Position numbers and translations under genes: made by a program. A stretch of DNA of 32,000 nt, from the NCBI RefSeq assembly GCF_000146505.1, contig NC_017448.1, positions 3,420,001 through 3,452,000 on the forward strand. The letters run 5' to 3'. Positions 7,775 through 14,413 of the stretch are shown piece by piece. Under the pieces are notes generated by a model, which made no database searches, was not told where the DNA came from, and saw only the letters and a program-made list of their open reading frames with translations. Source of the DNA: Fibrobacter succinogenes subsp. succinogenes S85. GTDB taxonomy: Bacteria; Fibrobacterota; Fibrobacteria; Fibrobacterales; Fibrobacteraceae. Positions within the stretch are counted from its first letter, which is position 1, and each line of letters begins with the position of its first letter.

Positions 7775-7849
7775 GAGGGAGAAGCCTCTCCCTCGCTTCA
7801 GCCGGGGGCTTCCGCTACCCACTCTAGCGGGCTTCAGACGCCAGCCCGC
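7775..7849. other. GC-rich structured spacer (two hairpins) between the GNAT pair and the ffh leader
   Basis: GAGGGAGA (7775-7782) pairs with TCTCCCTC (7787-7794), a perfect 8 bp with loop AGCC. GCGGGC (7827-7832) pairs with GCCCGC (7844-7849). GCTTCAG occurs twice. The stretch is clearly GC-richer than its flanks. Confidence 0.3.
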
Positions 7850-7860
7850 AACGCCTGGGC

Positions 7861-8436
7861 TTATAGAGTTTGATACATGAATATGCAACCCTCGTCATAT
7901 TTGGGTTTAACATGGCTTTGTACAAATTTTTCTTGCTCTATGGGTAATCTTGAAAAGCCCATGGTCTTATAATGCTCTATCAATTTTTCTTGGGGCAATG
8001 CGTAAATGTATAGAGCATTTACGCCGATGAATTTACCGATTGATTCTGCCAATGGCCGAATAAACGAGAGAAAAATGAAATAACCGATACGCTTGATTCC
8101 TGGATGGTTCTTGCGGTATGCGTTGTTTACTGCAAAGTTTGCAAGTTCTATAGCAGGAATAGATTCAAATGCGTCCTTGAAAACTTGCAAAGTAATCAGG
8201 CCTGTTTTAAGTGAAAAATAGCCGACTAGCTCACCGGTGACTTTATCCTTCACAAGATAAGTCCTGCTCATCTTGTTGGTCTCGTCTGTGATAGATTGTT
8301 CCTTTAGATAAAGTTCCAATCCAAGAGCTTCGTTTGAAACATTGAAGTTTTCTACGAGAGTCTGATTTTCGGGTGAATCGAATAAGTGCTCTACAGAAAA
8401 TGCCGGAGTGTCGTAAACAGAAAATTCGACAATCAT
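7861..8436 (-). CDS. GNAT-family acetyltransferase (second TA-like pair)
   Basis: 191 aa. SRTYLVKDKVTGELVGYFSLKTG ... IPAIELANFAVNNAYRKNHPGIKRIGYFIFLSFIRPLAESI ... LYIYALPQEKLIEHYKTMGFSRL is an acetyl-CoA-binding GNAT core. Its ATG overlaps the upstream small ORF's stop as ATGA. Confidence 0.68.
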   Translation of the reverse strand: MIVEFSVYDTPAFSVEHLFDSPENQTLVENFNVSNEALGLELYLKEQSITDETNKMSRTYLVKDKVTGELVGYFSLKTGLITLQVFKDAFESIPAIELANFAVNNAYRKNHPGIKRIGYFIFLSFIRPLAESIGKFIGVNALYIYALPQEKLIEHYKTMGFSRLPIEQEKFVQSHVKPKYDEGCIFMYQTL

Positions 8437-8615
8437 TTGTGAAGTGCCTCCGCTATTTTTTTGCGGTCGGCTTCTTGCGCTTCAAGAATTGATTCCTCGA
8501 ATTCCTTGCACATTTTGTTTAATTTCGAAAAATCCGGTTTTTTTGTATGGAGAATATACTGATAAGCGGCGCTATTCTCTAAGCACCCCATAAATTCTTT
8601 ACTTGGTGTTCTCAT
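8433..8615 (-). CDS. small protein, candidate antitoxin/partner of the GNAT at 7861-8436
   Basis: ORF 8433-8669 begins with TTG. I trim it to ATG 8615 (MRTPSKEF..., 60 aa), which has AGGAGA 8 nt upstream. It is helical and charged, and translationally coupled to the GNAT by a 4-nt overlap. Confidence 0.5.
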   Translation of the reverse strand: MRTPSKEFMGCLENSAAYQYILHTKKPDFSKLNKMCKEFEESILEAQEADRKKIAEALHK

Positions 8616-8669
8616 AAGATATTCTCCTATGTTTTTATGTAATATATATTTTTTTGCTTTATTGTCCAA

Positions 8670-8884
8670 TGCGTTCGTTCGCTACAAATCTTGTGCAGTT
8701 TTGTCGCATTAAACCTTACTATTTCTATTATATAAATGGATAATGTCAGGATATGACAATTTGAGCGCTTTTTTGAAAAAAATATTGAAAAAAAGTCTCA
8801 TTTTAGAAGAAAAAATCGTTCTTTTGTAAACTTTTTGTGCGTTTCGCTCTTTTTTAAGTTATCTTTTTTAACGAAATAGAGTTT
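8670..8884. promoter_or_regulatory. AT-rich divergent promoter region rich in A/T homopolymer tracts
   Basis: Very AT-rich, with at least ten A or T runs of 4-7 nt. It contains the imperfect inverted repeat ATAATGTCA-GGATA-TGACAATTT near 8740-8763. It separates the minus-strand GNAT pair from the plus-strand leader and cassette. Confidence 0.35.
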
Positions 8885-8937
8885 TTGCTCTTGTTCTCCA
8901 AACGAAATCTGCAAATTTCAATAGAACGAGGACAAGG

Positions 8938-9120
8938 CGAACGCTCACGCAGGCATGCCGTTTTAGCGGTATGTTTCAGTTTGCTGTACCGACTTTTAAG
9001 TCGGTCTTTGGTCGTATGGCCAAGGGCAACAGCCCTTTCGGGGCGTGGGTCGTTTGCGTTTATCGTTCTTAGGCTTTGCAGAGCCCCGTTTGGATAAATG
9101 CAACGATCTGCGCCTTTTTT
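8938..9120 (+). ncRNA. candidate structured 5' leader or small RNA ending in a U-tract, upstream of the 9198 membrane-protein gene
   Basis: A GC-richer patch with no credible coding potential. Long-range helix: CGAACG-CT-CACGC (8938-8950) with GCGTG-GGT-CGTTTG (9043-9056). It encloses hairpins at 8954-8973, 8988-9005, 9008-9023 and 9024-9035. A 3' helix follows, GCG..ATCGTT (9056-9067) with AACGAT..CGC (9102-9113), then C-T6 (9114-9120). All folding was done by eye. Confidence 0.25.
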
Positions 9121-9197
9121 GTATTATTGCATAAACAGACGAAGTTCTTTGTTGAACAGGGGCGAAACCCGAATGTTTAAAGGAAGGGGTTCAGCTA

Positions 9198-9809
9198 ATG
9201 GAAAACGAAGAACTTGCCAAACGTCGCAATTTAGTCAAAAAAATCGGACGTTTTTTCGGTTGGTGTGATAGCAAAATTTTCAACATTCACTTACGTCTTG
9301 TAAAGGGTTTGTTGGACAAGGAAACGCAGGCTAGGGCCCAGGGCCTTATCGATGACAAGCTTCACTTCAAGACAATCGGAGCCTTTATCACGTGGCTTGT
9401 GGTATTTCCTTGTCATGCATCGAAATATTCCACACGCAAATTTAAGCAAGCGATTGTCCGAATAGCCATTTCTGCAATACTTGCTTTTTTGCCGATGATA
9501 CTACTGTTAGCTTTTATTGATCAGGTCTGTCCATCTTACAAGGATTCATTTAAAGAAAATCTTCTCATCCTTCATGTCGTGATGACCGCCGTGATGTTTT
9601 TTTTCTTTGTGAAATTCGGGACAGTCTTGATAAGGATTGTCACAAGTTTGCTGATACTCGCGATTCTAATGGCTTCGTTCGCTTTCCTTTTAAGTGATGC
9701 GGCTCCCGAAACGAAATCAGTTATATTCATTGCATTTGAAGTGGTGATTGCGATATTCTTCCTGCTATGGAACTTTTGGCCGAAGAAAAAAACAAACGAG
9801 GATTCGTAA
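9198..9809 (+). CDS. integral membrane protein, unknown function (about 4-5 TM segments)
   Basis: 203 aa, with AAGGAAGGGG upstream of the ATG. A soluble basic N-terminal ~55 aa is followed by hydrophobic segments (IGAFITWLVVFP, IAISAILAFLPMILLLAFI, LLILHVVMTAVMFFFFV, IVTSLLILAILMASFAFLL, VIFIAFEVVIAIFFLLW). Confidence 0.6.
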   Translation: MENEELAKRRNLVKKIGRFFGWCDSKIFNIHLRLVKGLLDKETQARAQGLIDDKLHFKTIGAFITWLVVFPCHASKYSTRKFKQAIVRIAISAILAFLPMILLLAFIDQVCPSYKDSFKENLLILHVVMTAVMFFFFVKFGTVLIRIVTSLLILAILMASFAFLLSDAAPETKSVIFIAFEVVIAIFFLLWNFWPKKKTNEDS

Positions 9810-9877
9810 CTTGTGCAACATTAAATGTATTTCGTTCAGTTATTAAAACTTCTCTTTTACAAGGGAACTTAGAATCT

Positions 9878-10090
9878 ATGGATTACAATAACGAGGCTAA
9901 AGAAAATAGGCTAGAAGAGTTAAAAATTAACATTATCGCATATCAAGGAAAAATTGAAGAAGCTGAAAGAACTCATGCTGTGAACGAGTATACTCTTAGT
10001 GCATGGAAAAAAGAATTAAAGGCTTTTGAATCAGAAATGGATTCGTTGAAAAATTCTCCCGAAAACGAAATTACCCTTAATTTTGATTAA
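9878..10090 (+). CDS. small coiled-coil protein, unknown function
   Basis: ORF 9767-10090 trimmed to ATG 9878 (MDYNNEAKENRLEELKINIIAYQGKIEEAERTH...SAWKKELKAFESEMDSLKN, 70 aa) to avoid overlap with the upstream gene. The sequence has heptad-like amphipathic character. Confidence 0.4.
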   Translation: MDYNNEAKENRLEELKINIIAYQGKIEEAERTHAVNEYTLSAWKKELKAFESEMDSLKNSPENEITLNFD

Positions 10091-10191
10091 TAAGGAATTT
10101 GATAAAACCATTTGCAAACGCAAAACGCACTGTGCCGGAACCCGCACGACATGGTGTGTAATAGAATGCGGGATGAAATAAGAGGTAAATT

Positions 10192-10386
10192 ATGATAGCC
10201 ACTGTTACTGAAGATGATGCAGATATCACAATTTGGGACGAAACTGGAAATTGGGTCGCGCACATTCATAAATATTCAGGTTACAAACTTGCTGGTTATA
10301 CGTCAGCGACTGTATCTGTCAATATTCCTGGTGGTCAAACTTTAGTTTTCAATGAGAAGGGACAACACATAAAAACGATTGGATGA
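10192..10386 (+). CDS. small (64 aa) beta-rich protein, unknown function
   Basis: AGAGGT lies 6 nt before the ATG. The sequence is MIATVTEDDADITIWDETGNWVAHIHKYSGYKLAGYTSATVSVNIPGGQTLVFNEKGQHIKTIG. A strong terminator follows. Confidence 0.5.
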   Translation: MIATVTEDDADITIWDETGNWVAHIHKYSGYKLAGYTSATVSVNIPGGQTLVFNEKGQHIKTIG

Positions 10387-10426
10387 CTTAAGAAAAAAAT
10401 AATGGTATTTTATACATCTGCGATTA

Positions 10427-10470
10427 GCGGCATATGAATATAAAATGGGTGTTCATATGTCGCTTTTAAG
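10427..10470 (+). terminator. intrinsic terminator closing the 9198-10386 cassette
   Basis: A 12-bp stem, GCGGCATATGAA (10427-10438) with TTCATATGTCGC (10452-10463, one G-U pair), followed by TTTTAAGTTGATTTTCTTTT. Confidence 0.7.
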
Positions 10471-10648
10471 TTGATTTTCTTTTGGCAATTCCGTAGCCAA
10501 ATGCGATATATGGATGGAGACTATCCATGACTCTAGAAGAACTTGAAAAGATAATCTTGCCACATACCACAAAAGAGATCGAATACGGCCAGTAGCAATA
10601 CTTGTTCAATATCGATGCAAAACGGCATTATTCGTCAATGAGGACTAC

Positions 10649-11296
10649 ATGAAAAGAATACTTCTGTTATTACTCACACTTTCTGTCTTGACTTTTGCTG
10701 CCAAGCCTTCGGGTGTATGGCGTTTTGCCCGCACAAATTCCATGCAATCTACGGCTTGGAATCATCCGGGCGAACTTATTGACCTTGGCGATAGGCAGGT
10801 ATGCCATTATGCTGGGCAAATTAATTTTCCGCCTAACAGAGATGGCTACTGCGATGATATCCTTATCCTGCACTTAGCCAAAGCTCAGGCTATGGAAGAA
10901 AACGGAAAAATTATTGGGCTATACTGTGCATACGATTGGTCTTTCCCTGATATGGGCGGAAACTATTTGACCAATGATGTGTATCGTGATAATTGTCCGG
11001 ATATTTTGGCTGCTGTGAATGGTGGGTTCGAAGTGATAGGAGAATACTGGTTCAAGCCTATGGAAAACCAAACTATCTATTACGAGGACGGCAAACCGAT
11101 CAAGCAGACTCTATCAAATACGCGGGAAACTTTGGACAGGTTCGACAAACGCTACGAAAACCAAATTCGGTATCGCGATACATACGACTGGATTCAGCTG
11201 AAACCTGGCTACGGATGGGATCAGTGGGAACGACCGGGGAGCGTGTATGAATCGGGACGAAAAACGAATGGAAAAGGTAAGGCGAAAAAGCGTTAG
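10649..11296 (+). CDS. secreted protein, unknown function
   Basis: 215 aa with signal peptide MKRILLLLLTLSVLTFA-AKP. The mature part is rich in Cys, Trp and Tyr, and the tail is Lys-rich (GRKTNGKGKAKKR). I recognise no family. Confidence 0.6.
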   Translation: MKRILLLLLTLSVLTFAAKPSGVWRFARTNSMQSTAWNHPGELIDLGDRQVCHYAGQINFPPNRDGYCDDILILHLAKAQAMEENGKIIGLYCAYDWSFPDMGGNYLTNDVYRDNCPDILAAVNGGFEVIGEYWFKPMENQTIYYEDGKPIKQTLSNTRETLDRFDKRYENQIRYRDTYDWIQLKPGYGWDQWERPGSVYESGRKTNGKGKAKKR

Positions 11297-11464
11297 GGAT
11301 TGTGACCCCTTGGGGCGAAGACTTGCGTGCTGTTCTCTTTGATGTTTACGGAAGCAAGGCTTCGTTTTAGGAGATTGGCAACGAGCGAAGCGAAGGTGAC
11401 AAACCCTAAAATATAGCCCGACCCGCATGTATGCGGGGAACGCCCAAAAGAAAATTATGAATAT

Positions 11465-11496
11465 AGCAGGCCGCGTGAACGACCTGCTTTTTCTGT
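11465..11496 (+). terminator. terminator-like hairpin, copy 1 of a 32-nt direct repeat
   Basis: AGCAGGCCGCGTGAACGACCTGCTTTTTCTGT. The stem is GCAGGCCG/CGACCTGC (8 bp, one mismatch) and a T-run follows. It is near-identical to 12889-12920. Confidence 0.6.
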
Positions 11497-11887
11497 TGAT
11501 TCAGTTAAAAACTGCCAAAACTTCGGTCCCTTGCACGCTTAGTTTTGAAATGGTATATTCATGGTATAGATAGCACTTCGTCCTGCTGACAGCGTATTCG
11601 ATCCGGGCAGGTTGTTTCACTATCTGCTTGACGCCGACCTCCCTTTGTTTCGCTTGGCAGGCGAAAAAATTCGAGGCAGCATACACCCTATGGGGAAACT
11701 GGCCCCCTGGCGATCAACGTAGAGCACCGTCTGTCATAAGAAAAATATGGTAGACGTAAAGCCTTGTCGTTAAAGGTTTGCGAACGATTGCCTTGTGGCG
11801 ATCGCTGTGTTCTGCTGTCGTTGTTGAGGTTCTAGTTTGCAAATCACAACTGTTTAACCATTCAAAAAGGACATCTCGCTCGGCGGG

Positions 11888-12859
11888 ATGAATCAAAATA
11901 TGGATTGCTCTCAGCACTATAAAATGCTTAAGGATATGGAAAAGGATCCGAAGAACCTTGCCAAGTATCAAAAAATGTACAAGTACGCTTATCTTTTGAG
12001 TGATGGCGTTTTCAAAATTGTATTCACGGAGGAAAAGTCGCATTCGCTTCTTATTTCGCTGTTGAATGCGATGCTTGACTTGCATGGTGGCGATGCCATC
12101 GGGGAAATTTCGCTGGAAATGCAGGAATTCCCGGGTATTTTCAATAAGAAAAACTGTATTGTCGATATTATTGGCACGACCAATGCTGGCGAAAAGGTTC
12201 TTGTTGAAATTCAACAGCAAAAGGACAAGTTTTTCAAGGATCGCGTAGAATACTATGTATCTCGTGTTATTGAAAATCAGGTCCATAAGAGCGAAAAATT
12301 TGAATTGCCGCATATCTATTTTCTTGGACTTCTGGATTTTGAACTTTTCCCGGAAGAAGAACATGAATATATCCATCATGTCGATGAAATGTGTCACGGC
12401 AAGAAGTTCTTCCCGAAGATTCAGAAGGTTTTCGTGGAAATTGAAAAGTTTTTTAAGCTCGAAAAGTTGGGATTTACTAAGGATGACGAGTCTGATGCCG
12501 CTCAGTGGCTACGTGCTATCAGGGTTGTTATCAAGGAAGAACCTGCTCCTGAAAAAATTATGCAGAATGAAACGTTTAGGCGGTTGCTTGAATCGGTGAA
12601 ATTGATTAATTTTGCAGAGGAGCTTTTCAACTGCGAGGTAAAGAAAATGACGGAAGTGATGGCTGAACGCGAAAACGCTTATGCCGAAGGCAAGGAAGAA
12701 GGCCGTGCCGTTGGTTATGCCGAAGGGGCTTCTGCCGAGCGGACGAAAGCGGATCAGGAAAAACGCCAAATGGCGAAAAGTCTCAAGGAACAGAATGTCG
12801 ATGTTTCTATAATCGCTAAATCGACAGGTTTTTCTGAAGAGGAAATTCTCAGTTTATAG
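11888..12859 (+). CDS. Rpn-family (YhgA-like, PD-(D/E)XK) recombination-promoting nuclease / putative transposase
   Basis: 323 aa. The N-terminal nuclease core has the pattern DGVFKIVF...SLLISLLNAML...NCIVDIIGTTNAGEKVLVEIQQQKD..FKDRVEYYVSRV. The C-terminus (EEGRAVGYAEGASAE...IIAKSTGFSEEEILSL) is typical of this family. Confidence 0.82.
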   Translation: MNQNMDCSQHYKMLKDMEKDPKNLAKYQKMYKYAYLLSDGVFKIVFTEEKSHSLLISLLNAMLDLHGGDAIGEISLEMQEFPGIFNKKNCIVDIIGTTNAGEKVLVEIQQQKDKFFKDRVEYYVSRVIENQVHKSEKFELPHIYFLGLLDFELFPEEEHEYIHHVDEMCHGKKFFPKIQKVFVEIEKFFKLEKLGFTKDDESDAAQWLRAIRVVIKEEPAPEKIMQNETFRRLLESVKLINFAEELFNCEVKKMTEVMAERENAYAEGKEEGRAVGYAEGASAERTKADQEKRQMAKSLKEQNVDVSIIAKSTGFSEEEILSL

Positions 12860-12888
12860 CTGAAATTCAGTTTTTAAGAATGCAAAAC

Positions 12889-12920
12889 AGCAGGCCGTGC
12901 GAACGACCTGCTTTTCTTGT
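12889..12920. terminator. terminator-like hairpin, copy 2 of the 32-nt direct repeat, between the convergent Rpn and symporter genes
   Basis: AGCAGGCCGTGCGAACGACCTGCTTTTCTTGT. It has the same stem as copy 1, and the two stem-to-T4 cores differ only at two loop positions. An A-rich run lies 5' and a T-run 3'. Confidence 0.6.
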
Positions 12921-12929
12921 ACCGTAATT

Positions 12930-14363
12930 TTACAGCTTTTGTCCTGGATTCCAGTAATCGGTGGGTTGCTCGACGCCGCATTCTTTTGCGATGTAGACGG
13001 GTTCGAGGCCTTTCTTCTTTTGGTCGGTGTAGTTTTTGAGGGCCTTGATGGCGATTGGCGAGAGTATCAAGATGACGGGGATGTTCACGAGGACCATGAG
13101 GCCTTGGCAAAGGTCTGCGCTGTCCCAGGCAAACGATGCGCTGGAGGTGGCGCCTAAGAAGACGATGGCGGTTGCGATGGTCTTGAATACGTTGCGGATT
13201 TTCTTTGTGGGGCGTCTGTTCAAGATGAAGCGGAGGCAGCCTTCGGTGTAGTAGTAGTTACCGATGAGCGTTGTGTAGCCGAAGAGGCACATGGAGAATG
13301 TGATGAAGATGGCGCCGTTGCTGCCGAGAACGGAGGCGAGAGACTTTTGTACGTAAATGATTCCCGAGATGTCCTTGCTGGGCTCGATGTTGGTCGAGAG
13401 GCACATGAGGGCTGTGGCGGAGCAGATGAGGAGCGTGTCGATGAATACGGAAAGCGATTGCACGAGTCCCTGCTTGACGGGGTGCGAAACGCTTGCACTT
13501 GCACTTGCGTTCGGGGCAGAACCCATACCTGCTTCGTTGGAGTAGAGGCCGCGCTTGATGCCGTACATGATGCAGCTTCCGGCAAATCCGCCGAATCCAG
13601 CGTCGAACGAGAATGCGTTCTTGAAAATCGTGCCGAACATGGCAGGAACATTCGAGATGTTGTAGATGATAATGCCGAAGGCGACGATGACGTAGATAGT
13701 TCCCATAAAGGGGACTAGGTAACTTGTGATGGTGGAGATTTTCTTCGCGCCTTCCCAGATGCAAAGAGCGAAGAGTGCGGCTAAAATAAATCCGACGATG
13801 AACGGTGTTGATGCTTTGTCGTAGAATTTGTATCCGGTAAGGGAGTCTTGAATGTTGTACGAAGCGAGCAAGTTGTAGCCCACGATGTAGGTGAGGAGCA
13901 CAAAGCCTGAGAAGAGAACGCCTAGCCAGCGTTTGCCGAGTGCAGTATGGATGTAATATGACGGTCCGCCGTAGGAGTGCCCTGATACGTCATCATGGCG
14001 TTTGTAAATCTGGGCGAGGGTAGATTCTACGAATGCGGAGGCTGCGCCGAGGATGGCGATTACCCACATCCAGAAAATGGCACCCGGGCCACCGAGGCAA
14101 ATGGCCGAAGATACGCCGACGATGTTTCCGGTGCCGACGCGGGAGGCGGTCGAAACCATCAATGCCGCAAATGACGAAATCCCATGCTTGTGCAGAGGCT
14201 TTTCGCGAGTGACGCGGAATGTTTCGATCAGATAGCGGACTTGTGGAAATCCCAAACGGACAGAAAGGAATACCCCGGCTACAATCAAAAACAGCGGGAC
14301 AATGTAGAAATCATACAAGGCGGTGTTAAGCACCGAAACAATGGGATGTAAGGGGTTTGACAT
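12930..14363 (-). CDS. alanine/glycine:cation (sodium) symporter, AGCS family
   Basis: 477 aa and polytopic. GISSFAALMVSTASRVGTGNIVGVSSAICLGGPGAIFWMW and GLYSNEAGMGSAPNA are AGCS signatures. GGAGA lies upstream of the ATG. Confidence 0.92.
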   Translation of the reverse strand: MSNPLHPIVSVLNTALYDFYIVPLFLIVAGVFLSVRLGFPQVRYLIETFRVTREKPLHKHGISSFAALMVSTASRVGTGNIVGVSSAICLGGPGAIFWMWVIAILGAASAFVESTLAQIYKRHDDVSGHSYGGPSYYIHTALGKRWLGVLFSGFVLLTYIVGYNLLASYNIQDSLTGYKFYDKASTPFIVGFILAALFALCIWEGAKKISTITSYLVPFMGTIYVIVAFGIIIYNISNVPAMFGTIFKNAFSFDAGFGGFAGSCIMYGIKRGLYSNEAGMGSAPNASASASVSHPVKQGLVQSLSVFIDTLLICSATALMCLSTNIEPSKDISGIIYVQKSLASVLGSNGAIFITFSMCLFGYTTLIGNYYYTEGCLRFILNRRPTKKIRNVFKTIATAIVFLGATSSASFAWDSADLCQGLMVLVNIPVILILSPIAIKALKNYTDQKKKGLEPVYIAKECGVEQPTDYWNPGQKL

Positions 14364-14413
14364 AGAAATCTCCTATTGGTTAAATAGTAGAAAAATTTTT
14401 AAATTTTCCCGCC

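Noticed and set aside
7760-7860. Possibility that the GC-rich structured spacer next to ffh is the SRP (4.5S) RNA gene
   Set aside because: I could not find the conserved helix-8 motif (GGAA-type tetraloop flanked by the AGCA / GGA symmetric loop) on either strand. A covariance-model scan would settle it.
8885-9097. 70-aa ORF (TTG start) in the GC-rich leader region
   Set aside because: It has no SD, a non-ATG start and an Arg/Leu/Ser-rich composition. The region is better explained as structured non-coding RNA (reported as a low-confidence finding).
9767-9877. N-terminal extension of the coiled-coil ORF overlapping the end of the membrane-protein gene
   Set aside because: The extension overlaps the upstream gene by 43 nt and reads as out-of-frame junk. 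The internal ATG 9878 gives a compact protein, so I trimmed the start (still uncertain).
10527-10595. Mini-ORF MTLEELEKIILPHTTKEIEYGQ, followed in frame after TAG by QYLFNIDAKRHYSS...
   Set aside because: It may be a decayed gene remnant in the island, but it is too short and lacks an RBS. I have no way to support a pseudogene call without a similarity search.
11714-12397. 227-aa reverse ORF overlapping the 5' half of the Rpn-family gene
   Set aside because: It is an AT-rich shadow frame (Phe/Ile/Leu/Asn/Lys-rich). The plus-strand frame carries the recognisable PD-(D/E)XK Rpn pattern.
13220-13764. 143-aa and 168-aa reverse-strand ORFs, plus several plus-strand ORFs, inside the symporter gene
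   Set aside because: They are alternative frames of a 477-aa AGCS transporter. Their Arg/Ser/Pro-rich composition points to frame artefacts.
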